A DNA stretch of 64,000 bases from Myxococcota bacterium (GCA_039186435.1 JBCDAA010000002.1:2248-66247); one strand, 5' to 3'; counted from the first letter of the stretch, positions 43,203 to 51,123 are shown. The notes: generated from the sequence alone by a model not told the origin. Translations and numbers: made by a program.

Positions 43203-43790
43203 TTATTTGCTTCCCATCCGCCGCATGGATGCGAGAAAGTGCTCGTCGAGGTCAGGCCTCGTCGGGTCCCAGCCAAAAACCTCGCAGATTCGGGCTCGGT
43301 TGTTGAGCCAGTCGTACACCGCGCTGCGAAAGATCCAAATCAGATGTTCCGCCGGGATGTCGTCCCGAAGGATTCCAGCGGCTTGCGCGCGTTCGACGAG
43401 GCCCACGACCCAGCGCAATAGCGCGGCCTCACCTTCGAAGTCGGTGTCTCCTGCGAGCTCGGCCCACATGCCGATTCGACGGGCGAGCGGCTCTGCCTCG
43501 GCGAAATCGAAGAATGCCCGCATCAAGCTGAGAACGGGATCCTCTCCCTTGGCGCGCTTGATTTCGAGAAGGAGGCGCTCGTTGGCGCGGCGCACGACCT
43601 CGCGCTTCACCTCCTTCCAGAGCTCTTCTTTCGAGCCAAAATGGTAGCTGATCAGCGGCTGAGAAAGGCCTGCCCGTCGCGCGATCGCTCGAAGCGACCC
43701 GGTTTCGAAGCCCCGTTCCGCGAACTCCTCGATCGCTGCCTCAAGGGCGCGAGCGCGGACTCCTTCGGGGTCGCGGCGACGGTCGCTCAT
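43203..43790 (-). CDS. TetR family transcriptional regulator
   Basis: N-terminal HTH: FAERGFETGSLRAIARRAGLSQPLISYHFGSKEELW. Confidence 0.9.
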   Translation of the reverse strand: MSDRRRDPEGVRARALEAAIEEFAERGFETGSLRAIARRAGLSQPLISYHFGSKEELWKEVKREVVRRANERLLLEIKRAKGEDPVLSLMRAFFDFAEAEPLARRIGMWAELAGDTDFEGEAALLRWVVGLVERAQAAGILRDDIPAEHLIWIFRSAVYDWLNNRARICEVFGWDPTRPDLDEHFLASMRRMGSK

Positions 43791-43834
43791 CCTGGCCGGC
43801 TACCACAGGCGGTAGCCTCGGTCACTTGCTTCGT

Positions 43835-43854
43835 TATTTATCACATGATAAATA
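43835..43854. promoter_or_regulatory. palindrome TATTTATCA-CA-TGATAAATA, probable TetR operator
   Basis: Exact 9-nt arms in the 64-bp gap between the divergent tetR and hydrolase genes. Confidence 0.6.
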
Positions 43855-45423
43855 GTGAGGGTGAAATCGATAGGGGTTTGCCTTTCAATGCTCCTTCTTC
43901 TCGGGTGCGAAGGCAGCCAGCGCTGTGATGAGCCCGCGTCGATGGAGACCCACCAGGTTCGCGCGTCGGATGACGTCGAGCTCGTCTTCACGATCTTTCG
44001 TCCGGCTGGGGCCTGCGGCGCCGACCCGGTTCCCATCATCCTCTGGAATCACGGGTATCCGGAGTCGCGGGCGGACTCCTTGGACGACGCGCGTCCCTAT
44101 CTCGAACGCGGCTACGGGTTTGTCTCCCTCGACCAGCGGGGCATCCTCGGGGAGACCGGAGGATTCACCAGCGGTGCCGCCCGTCCTGGCATCGAGGACG
44201 CCGACGCGAGCCTCGTCCTCGATTGGGTGCACGACAACGTTGAGTGGGCCGAGCGTGAACCTTCGTCGGGAATCGAACGGGACCTTGCTGTGGGAACGTT
44301 CGGCAACGGCGGCGGTGGCCATCTCTCTCTACTTCTCGCCGCGTCGGATCCACGCATCGACGCGGTCGTTCCCTACGTGGCGTACTCGTCCGTACTCGAC
44401 GATGTATTCGTCCCGAACGAGGCTCCCCGCGCATTTTGGGCCGCTCTCTTTCTCGATTTCTCCATCACCCTCGGAGTGCGTTTCGATCCAACGTTGCTGC
44501 CGTCGATCGAGAGCGCCGGCGAAACCCTGATCGTCGACGAAGTACTCCGCGAGGTCTGGCGGGAGTCCGACATTACTTCGGTCGGCGACCGCATTCGCGC
44601 GCCGACGATGTTCCTCCATCCGCTTCCCGATCAGATCACGAGCGGACTTCGCGCGGCGGTACGTAGCCATCAGTCGATCGCGACGGATCCCTCGGAGCGA
44701 TGGCTCATCGGCTTGAATGCGCCCTTTCTCGATATCGGAGATACCCGCGGATTTGGCGTGGGGGCGCCCGACCGAGAACGTCCGAACCAGTGCGCTGACA
44801 TCTACACGCCAGGCTTTCAGGGAGGTGGCCTCGGCCGTTTTCTCGACGGCGAGCTGCTCTTTCTCTTCTTCGACGCGTTCGTTCGCCGTGACGAGGCAGC
44901 TCGGGCACGGATGGACAGGGTGCCGCACGTGCTTCTTCCGATCGAACAAGACGGGTGTCTTCGCGCGGACGCGTGGCCGGTGGCGGCGCGCGTTGAGGAG
45001 TACGCCCTTGGGAACGTCGCGATTCCGCAGGACGACGCGGCGATGTCGTTTCCTCTTTTGGAGGCCACGGAGCCGATGCTCCTCGCGGGCACGGTCGAGT
45101 TCGCCGCGACGATTCCTGACGGGCAGGACGAGATTTTTCTCGGTTCCCTCGTCGTCGTCAGCGGTGACCGCTCCTACGTGGTGAACGACCAGGTGCACGG
45201 CGCGCAGACGGGACGTTTCTCGGGGCGAATCAACCTGGATCTCAGCACCGTCGTGACGCGCTTGGAGGCCGGAGACTCGCTTCGCTTTGTGGTCGAGGGC
45301 GAACAGTTTCTCTACGCCCGCGCCGGGGGTGAGATCACGGAGCCGGCGTCTCTCGAGGATGTTGTGGTTCGGGTGCCCTTCGCGGAGATCGGTCTCGCGG
45401 GTGGGCCGGAGATGATCGAGTGA
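43855..45423 (+). CDS. CocE/NonD (S15)-like alpha/beta-fold lipoprotein, nucleophile Ser apparently absent
   Basis: Lipobox SMLLLLGCEG. PVPIILWNHGY...GYGFVSLDQRG is typical of the family. Where GxSYxG is expected the sequence reads VGTFGNGGGGH. Confidence 0.6.
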   Translation: MRVKSIGVCLSMLLLLGCEGSQRCDEPASMETHQVRASDDVELVFTIFRPAGACGADPVPIILWNHGYPESRADSLDDARPYLERGYGFVSLDQRGILGETGGFTSGAARPGIEDADASLVLDWVHDNVEWAEREPSSGIERDLAVGTFGNGGGGHLSLLLAASDPRIDAVVPYVAYSSVLDDVFVPNEAPRAFWAALFLDFSITLGVRFDPTLLPSIESAGETLIVDEVLREVWRESDITSVGDRIRAPTMFLHPLPDQITSGLRAAVRSHQSIATDPSERWLIGLNAPFLDIGDTRGFGVGAPDRERPNQCADIYTPGFQGGGLGRFLDGELLFLFFDAFVRRDEAARARMDRVPHVLLPIEQDGCLRADAWPVAARVEEYALGNVAIPQDDAAMSFPLLEATEPMLLAGTVEFAATIPDGQDEIFLGSLVVVSGDRSYVVNDQVHGAQTGRFSGRINLDLSTVVTRLEAGDSLRFVVEGEQFLYARAGGEITEPASLEDVVVRVPFAEIGLAGGPEMIE

Positions 45424-46670
45424 CGTACGAGCGACTCGGAGGAGTCCCGAAACATCTCGCACTCTGCCTGGCGCTGCTCGCCTGTGGGGGCACGTCGTCG
45501 CGAGACGCGGAGGTCGACGTAGGAGACGCGCCCGAAGGGCCGCTTCGGCAGTTCCTCGTGGGCGGAATCACCGTGACGCCCGATGGAAGCAACGCGTTTG
45601 GCGTCGTAGTTTCGGAGCTTTCCCTCGGCGTGGACATCGACCTTGGCTCCGCGGCCGTCTTTGCGGGAAGGCCGTCCGTCGCGGTTTCTCCCGACCGAGA
45701 CGGCGTCGTCTGGATCGGTCTCGACGAAGAACCTGTGGTTGAACGGTACGAGGTAGGCGCTGACGGGTTCCTCGAGCTCGTGGACCGCATGAGCGTTGCG
45801 GGTCTCGGTCTGTCGAGCGGTCGCGGCACGGAGCTCGACGGGATTCAGATTCTCTCGCCGCAGAAGGCGTACCTGATCGACGCAGAGACCCTCCAAGTCG
45901 TGGTGTTCGATCCGACCGAAATGGAACTCCTGCGCTCTTTTTCCCTCGAGGGCTTGGCGCGCGAAGGGCGCGGGTTCATCGACATTGTTCGAGACGGCGA
46001 ACGCATCGTGATCGTCGCGAGTACGTTTCGCGCGGACGACACCGCGGACCTTGAAACGAGGGCGGCGTTCGTCGACCTGCAGACCGATGAGGTTCGCTAC
46101 GCGTCCCAAGGTCGCTGCGGAAATCTGGCGTGGAGTGCACGCGACTCGGATGGAAATCTCTACTTTGCGTCTCATCCGCAGCAGGGGGCCGACGTTGCGG
46201 TTGGCACGGCAGGCGATCCTCCGAGTCCGCCCTGTCTCGTGCGGATTCGCGCGGGGGAGGCTGGCTTTGACGAAGGCTACTTCGTCGACCTTCGAGAGCT
46301 CGCGGGTGGCCCGGCGGGTGCGGTCGTTCAAGCCGGTGGCGGGTGGGCGTACACGCTGGTCTACGACGAAAGTCGAACGCCGCTGACGATCGACAACGTG
46401 GCCCTATCGACGCTCCTTGCGGAGTGGCGTTATTTCGCGTTTCGGCTGGGTGACGAAGCTGAAGGGGGTCAGCGGATCGAGAGCATTCGCCCCTCGTCCG
46501 GCATCGGGTTGGGATTCAGCGTCAACACCGGGATCGCGGAAGTGCCCATGGTCACAATCCCGAACGCTGGGTTTGCGCGAAGCACCGTGTACGACGTTTC
46601 CGATCCTCTCTCCTTCGAACGGCGGATGTTGGTACCGGGTCTTGCGTTTGGGGCGTTGAGAGTTCGCTGA
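45420..46670 (+). CDS. lipoprotein, paralog family member P4
   Basis: The GTG start overlaps the upstream stop. Lipobox LALLACGG. Motifs are SPQKAYLID...VVVFDPTEMEL, SQGRC and PPCLVR. Confidence 0.65.
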   Translation: MTYERLGGVPKHLALCLALLACGGTSSRDAEVDVGDAPEGPLRQFLVGGITVTPDGSNAFGVVVSELSLGVDIDLGSAAVFAGRPSVAVSPDRDGVVWIGLDEEPVVERYEVGADGFLELVDRMSVAGLGLSSGRGTELDGIQILSPQKAYLIDAETLQVVVFDPTEMELLRSFSLEGLAREGRGFIDIVRDGERIVIVASTFRADDTADLETRAAFVDLQTDEVRYASQGRCGNLAWSARDSDGNLYFASHPQQGADVAVGTAGDPPSPPCLVRIRAGEAGFDEGYFVDLRELAGGPAGAVVQAGGGWAYTLVYDESRTPLTIDNVALSTLLAEWRYFAFRLGDEAEGGQRIESIRPSSGIGLGFSVNTGIAEVPMVTIPNAGFARSTVYDVSDPLSFERRMLVPGLAFGALRVR

Positions 46671-46800
46671 CGGCGCGAACCTCCGAGCGAAGCGAGGCGC
46701 GAAGCGTCATTGGAGGGGGGACCCGCGGGGATTCACTCCCCGTGGGGGGAGGTCTAGGGATAGACCTCCCAGAGGTAAAAAGTTCGCTGACCGCGATCAT
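46661..46800. repeat. direct repeat AGTTCGCTGAC(G/-)(G/C)CGCGA flanking two stable hairpins
   Basis: Copies at 46661 and 46781. Hairpins lie at 46722-46746 (10-bp stem, one G-U) and 46747-46770 (10-bp perfect stem, GGGA loop). Confidence 0.6.
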
Positions 46801-46803
46801 GCC

Positions 46804-46822
46804 GATAGTGATTTTCAAGTTC
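46804..46822. promoter_or_regulatory. Fur-like box GATAGTGATTTTCAAGTTC
   Basis: 13/19 to the consensus. Lies 32 nt upstream of the small-membrane/PepSY gene pair. Confidence 0.5.
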
Positions 46823-46854
46823 GACAATGCAGCCTGGCTCGCTATGGTTCGCGC

Positions 46855-47118
46855 GTGGCGGCGCAGCCTCAAACGAAACGAGTGATCGCGTGCGTTAGTG
46901 CGGGGTTCTTCCTTGCGTTGCTCGTGGCCCTTGGAGCGACCGCATGGCTTCCGGAAGGGGCAGGTAAGGTCAACAACCTCGTATTCCCGGCCGTCGCCTT
47001 TCCGCTGGTGTGGGTTGGCATCGCGGTCTTTCTTCTGGGAGCGCGGCGTCGTCGTGCGTGGGCGATCTCGTTGGGTGTTGCGCTCCTCGCCGCGTTGCCC
47101 GCGCTGATTCGGCTATGA
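46855..47118 (+). CDS. small membrane protein (3 TM)
   Basis: 87 aa, hydrophobic. The stop overlaps the PepSY start (ATGA). Small membrane proteins commonly precede PepSY-TM genes. Confidence 0.5.
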   Translation: MAAQPQTKRVIACVSAGFFLALLVALGATAWLPEGAGKVNNLVFPAVAFPLVWVGIAVFLLGARRRRAWAISLGVALLAALPALIRL

Positions 47119-48623
47119 CGCGTGAAGTCGGTGTTCGTCGGGCGCTCTACGAAGCCCATCGCGCGGTCGGACTCGCGTTCGGGTTCCTCGGCCTTCTGCT
47201 TGTGTTCAGCGGGGTAGTCGCGATCTTTGTGGACGACCTCGCCGCGTGGGCCGAGCGCGATCGTCACAGTCCTCCGATGAGTGCGTCGGTGGAACGGCTG
47301 GACGAGTGGCTCGCGACGGCTTCCGCCCGCGTCGACGCGGAGCGACGATCGAGCGTGCGCGTCTTTCAACGCGAGCGCGATGCGGTTCTCTTCCTCTTTT
47401 CGAGTGATGGCGACCCCGTCTTCGAGGCGGTTTGGGTCGATCCCGTGGGCGGCGCCCTCGCGGACTATCGCCGAGGAAGCATCGCGGAGATCTTCGCGCC
47501 CCTCGACGGGCAGGTGCTGAGCCGATTCTTCGTCAGCCTTCACGTTCGTTTTCTCCTTCCAGGTCGGGCTGGAAGCCTGAGCGTAGGCCTCGTCGGAATC
47601 ATGCTGCTGCTTCTGGTCTTCACCGGGATCTATGTGCACTGGCCGCGGCGAGCGCTTTTTCGCCGGCCTCGTGGTGCACGACGGCAACTCCTCGGCGCAG
47701 TTCACACGTTAGCTGGCATTTGGACGCTTCCGTTCACCGTACTGATCATCGTGACGGGGGCGTTCTTTAGTTTTGCCACGACGGTTCTTCTTCCAGCGCT
47801 CGCGTTCGCATCGCACGGCGGCGACATCGAGGCAGTTCAGCGCGCGATTCAGACTCCGGTCGAGGTTCCGCCAGCGACCGGTCAGGCCTCCGCGTCGTCC
47901 ATCTGTGCGGATGCCATCGAGCGCACCAACCTCGTGCTGCAGCAGGTGGAACTCAAAAACTGGGGGGAGCAAGACGCGCACGCGATCGTGCGCCTCGCCG
48001 ACCCGGGGTGGGACCTGAGCGGTCGTCTCTTGGCCTACAGCGGCCACACGGGCGAGTTTCTCGAAGAGCGCGGGTCGATTGGCGCCAAACCCTCCGCTGG
48101 CGCGACGACCGTCGAAGCTGTGCGCGCCCTTCATTTTGGAACGCTCGCAGGCGCGACGACGAAGATTCTGTGGGCCATCTTTGGGCTTTTGATGTGCGTG
48201 CTCTCGATCTCGGGGCTTTGGGTTCGTGCTGCCCGCACACGCACTTGGCGATCTCAGCTCCTTGTTGTGGCGTCCGCGTCGTTTCCGTTTGCGAGCTTCC
48301 TCGCGGTGCTGGCCTGGGCGATATCGCCGACGACGACGGCGATGACGGTGGCGTTCGGTGCGGCGCACGTGATCGGCGCCCTTGCGGGTTTGCGTAACCT
48401 GCGCCTCTTGGCCGGTCTAACGGCCACCACTGGGCTCCTCGTTCCCATCGCCGGCTACCTTGCGACGGACGTGAGCCCGTTTGCCGCGCTCGCGCAGTCT
48501 GAAGGCGCCTCTGTGATCGCGGTCGACGGGTTCTGTGTGCTGCTCTCGCTGACGCTCTGGATCCTCATTGCCCGCGGAGTGCGTGCAGCGCCGTCCGAAG
48601 ATCCCAGTCTCGCTCATCGCTAA
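47115..48623 (+). CDS. PepSY-associated TM-helix protein
   Basis: ATG 47115. Has YEAHRAVGLAFGFLGLLLVFSG, VHTLAGIWTLPFTVLIIVTG and ALHFGTLAGATTKILWAIFG signatures. Confidence 0.8.
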   Translation: MTREVGVRRALYEAHRAVGLAFGFLGLLLVFSGVVAIFVDDLAAWAERDRHSPPMSASVERLDEWLATASARVDAERRSSVRVFQRERDAVLFLFSSDGDPVFEAVWVDPVGGALADYRRGSIAEIFAPLDGQVLSRFFVSLHVRFLLPGRAGSLSVGLVGIMLLLLVFTGIYVHWPRRALFRRPRGARRQLLGAVHTLAGIWTLPFTVLIIVTGAFFSFATTVLLPALAFASHGGDIEAVQRAIQTPVEVPPATGQASASSICADAIERTNLVLQQVELKNWGEQDAHAIVRLADPGWDLSGRLLAYSGHTGEFLEERGSIGAKPSAGATTVEAVRALHFGTLAGATTKILWAIFGLLMCVLSISGLWVRAARTRTWRSQLLVVASASFPFASFLAVLAWAISPTTTAMTVAFGAAHVIGALAGLRNLRLLAGLTATTGLLVPIAGYLATDVSPFAALAQSEGASVIAVDGFCVLLSLTLWILIARGVRAAPSEDPSLAHR

Positions 48624-49854
48624 GACTTTGAGGACCGAAGGGAACGAGCCGATCGGGCTGGACCGCGTTCGGGTCGGACGCATCGCCGTTGGCTCGCACA
48701 AAGCGGGCAGTCGAGAACGTCGCTTCCAATCCGGTACGCGGAAGCCGGAAGGAGTACACCTCGCCAAAGTAGTTCGGTGGGGTACTCGTGGGTCGTCCAA
48801 CGAGAAGACCGAGGCCGAAGTCCTCGACTGCGTTGGCGGTCATCATCGCCGAGGAGAGGGTTTGTGGGCCGATCAGAAACGCAACCGGCCCGTGAAAGCG
48901 AAGGGGGTGGGGCGGCGGCTCACGGAGAGCGGGAACCTGCACCAATACCTCGCCGGGTGACGCTTGCTCGTAGTCGACAAACCCTTGCCCTTCGAGGGAC
49001 GCCTGCATTCGTCGCGAGACCTTCCAACGCTTTTCCCCAAACATTCGAAAGGGCTCCTCGGCGACGTACATGAGAACGAGCTCGCCGACGAGGGTGCTCC
49101 CCCCGCGGTTGTCGCGAAGATCGATCACGAGGCCGCGTGCACTTCGGTTGGCCACTTCCTGGAAGAAGGCCGCCAACCATCGGTCGTAGCTTTCGATCTC
49201 GAAGATACCCGACATGGTGCGCACTCGAAGCATCGCGATGTCGCCTTCAAGCCAATACCCGGAGAGCGCGAACTCCTTTGGTTCGGGCGTGGGTTCGTAG
49301 GGTGCGCTCATCGACTCGTGGTTCGCGCGGACTTCGACCAGGTTGTTCCGGCGTCCGAATGCGCGGAGTGCCGCAGGTACGAGAAGTGGAAGTCCCTCGT
49401 CGACTCCACTCGGGAGCTCCGCCGCGATGTGCGGGCGCCCCCAATCGAAGAGCTGCTCGACCGGATGACCACCGATGCGACGTACTTCCGCGCCGGCGGG
49501 AAGCGGACCGTAGGGGCGGTTGAGAAACGCACGCCCCTCGTGGACCACGATCGGGAGTCGCGGGCTCGTTCCGCCGGGGGGCCGAATCGTAGTGTGGGAG
49601 TCGCCAAGAAGTGCTGAAAGTCGCGCGAGGCGGCTGTAGACCATCTCTGGTGTGAGGTGTTCTGGGAGGGTGTCGAGTGTTGCCCGGAACGCGCGCTCGA
49701 GGTCGTCCCGTTCGATGTTCGCGTCGGGTTCAGGGTGGACCTCCCAAAGCACGGACCACCAGGTACGCAGGTCTGCTGCTGCGTCGCTCCGGGACATCGC
49801 AGTCCGCTCAACGGGACTGACGAGCACCACCGCGAGCAGAAACGCGTGCCTCAT
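48565..49854 (-). CDS. S41 family peptidase
   Basis: ATG 49854 gives MRHAFLLAVVLVSP. LVIDLRDNRGGST is typical of the S41 (tail-specific protease-like) catalytic region. The 3' end overlaps the convergent PepSY gene by 59 nt. Confidence 0.7.
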   Translation of the reverse strand: MRHAFLLAVVLVSPVERTAMSRSDAAADLRTWWSVLWEVHPEPDANIERDDLERAFRATLDTLPEHLTPEMVYSRLARLSALLGDSHTTIRPPGGTSPRLPIVVHEGRAFLNRPYGPLPAGAEVRRIGGHPVEQLFDWGRPHIAAELPSGVDEGLPLLVPAALRAFGRRNNLVEVRANHESMSAPYEPTPEPKEFALSGYWLEGDIAMLRVRTMSGIFEIESYDRWLAAFFQEVANRSARGLVIDLRDNRGGSTLVGELVLMYVAEEPFRMFGEKRWKVSRRMQASLEGQGFVDYEQASPGEVLVQVPALREPPPHPLRFHGPVAFLIGPQTLSSAMMTANAVEDFGLGLLVGRPTSTPPNYFGEVYSFRLPRTGLEATFSTARFVRANGDASDPNAVQPDRLVPFGPQSLSDERDWDLRTALHALRGQ

Positions 49855-50255
49855 GGGTCCTTGCGCCACCAGCGGACGCAGTCGACGACGAGGAGGAGGC
49901 TCCACACCACCATCGTCCCGAGAAGGATCGACTGCGACGCTTGCACCGAGCTTTCGGGCGTGACGCCTTCGGCGGCGAAGTGAGCGCCGTTGGCGAGCAG
50001 GAAAAGTGCTGCTGCGATCGTGCTGAGGATCCGGAACACGCGGTGTTTGAGGTAAAGCGTTAGCGTTCCGAGGAGCGCGGGAACCACGTAGAACGTCGCT
50101 TTGAGCCCGACGTTCGACCACGGGACCACGCCCGTTGCGTTGGGGCTTTCAATCGAAACGCCGTAGCGGAGTCCGGTGAGCGAGTAGGTGAAGTGCAGGA
50201 TCATTCCCACGACGAGGACGAACCACAGCACCGCAATCCGAACCTGCCGAGACAT
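49851..50255 (-). CDS. hypothetical 4-TM membrane protein
   Basis: ATG 50255 (GTG 50273 is an alternative). Four hydrophobic helices. The stop overlaps the S41 start. Confidence 0.55.
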   Translation of the reverse strand: MSRQVRIAVLWFVLVVGMILHFTYSLTGLRYGVSIESPNATGVVPWSNVGLKATFYVVPALLGTLTLYLKHRVFRILSTIAAALFLLANGAHFAAEGVTPESSVQASQSILLGTMVVWSLLLVVDCVRWWRKDP

Positions 50256-50352
50256 CAGTGGCTCGCGAGCCACAGGGAGAACGCGACACCCACCAAAACG
50301 GCGACGACGAGAGATGCCATCGCGACGGTGCGATCTTGCTCGTCTCGAATGG

Positions 50353-50688
50353 TCACGGGGCGATCCTTGCCGCGAGTGATTCGGCCTTTCCGCGCACCTG
50401 CCAGCGGAGCCACGACTGAAGCTCGCTGGCGCTCGGAAGGCGATGCGCGACCGGCCAAAGACCGGCGTGGACGTCGGTCCAGGTCCTGAATTTCTCGCGA
50501 TGACCGGACCAAAGCGCGCAGTCGAAGACGCGCGGGTTCAGGGGGCTGGGCAAGAGGATCGAGAGGCCGAGCTCGGGCCAGAGGAGCTGAACGCTGACGG
50601 CGGTGGTCGAGTCCGCGACCCGTAGCTCCCAGGGGCCCTCGAAGGCGACGACTTCGCGCAAACCGGGGTCGTGAATCCCATCCAGCAT
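50353..50688 (-). CDS. small conserved hypothetical protein (paralog of 14429-14788)
   Basis: 111 aa. See 14429-14788 for the shared segments. A Fur-like box starts 5 nt upstream of the ATG. Confidence 0.6.
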   Translation of the reverse strand: MLDGIHDPGLREVVAFEGPWELRVADSTTAVSVQLLWPELGLSILLPSPLNPRVFDCALWSGHREKFRTWTDVHAGLWPVAHRLPSASELQSWLRWQVRGKAESLAARIAP

Positions 50689-50692
50689 GAGA

Positions 50693-50723
50693 CGATATTG
50701 AATGTCATTTTCATTAATTGAAA
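50693..50723. promoter_or_regulatory. Fur-like box GATATTGAATGTCATTTTC overlapping TTTCA-TTAAT-TGAAA
   Basis: 14/19 to the consensus, plus an adjoining short palindrome. Starts 5 nt upstream of the ATG at 50688. Confidence 0.6.
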
Positions 50724-50775
50724 GCGTCCGCGTGAGATTACGCAGGTGGGGTCACTTCGGCCAATCGGAGAAACC

Positions 50776-50788
50776 TTTGGAATCCAAA
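50776..50788. promoter_or_regulatory. 13-bp perfect palindrome TTTGGA-A-TCCAAA
   Basis: Exact palindrome in the non-coding gap upstream of the 50688 operon. No known regulator assigned. Confidence 0.3.
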
Positions 50789-50830
50789 TGCTTAGGCCCT
50801 CTTTTGACGCGAGTCATTACCGAGAGACTC

Positions 50831-51040
50831 GAATGTCAACAAAATCAGGTTGGCTGCTTTTGGGCTTAGCGCGGGGTGAGCGCGTTCAATGTCGTGAGTG
50901 TCAATAAAATCAGGTTGGCTCCTTTTGGGCTCAGCGTGTGAGCGCGTTCAATGTCGTGAGTGTCAATAAAATCAGGTTGGCTGCTTTTGACTGCTATTGA
51001 CCTTGGGCTCTCTGGGCTGCTTTTGACCTTGGGCTTTGCC
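50831..51040. repeat. non-coding tandem repeat, 2.5 copies of a 62-65 bp unit plus a degenerate tail
   Basis: GTCAA(C/T)AAAATCAGGTTGGCT(G/C)CTTTTGGGCT...GAGCGCGTTCAATGTCGTGAGT starts at 50835, 50900 and 50962. The tail repeats GGGCTGCTTTTGACCTTGGGCT. Confidence 0.85.
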
Positions 51041-51123
51041 TTGGAAGCTCCACGCGCTGAATTGAAAAAGCGCCCACCCGCGGACGGGTGAGCGCTTTCC
51101 CTGTGTGTGTGGATCTCAGTCCA

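Noticed and set aside
50831-51000. Possible CRISPR array (about 32-nt repeats GTCAAYAAAATCAGGTTGGCTSCTTTTGGGCT separated by about 30-33 nt)
   Set aside because: The would-be spacers are themselves nearly identical to each other (…GAGCGCGTTCAATGTCGTGAGT in both). It is therefore a plain tandem duplication of a 62-65 bp unit. There are only 2.5 copies and no cas genes in the window.
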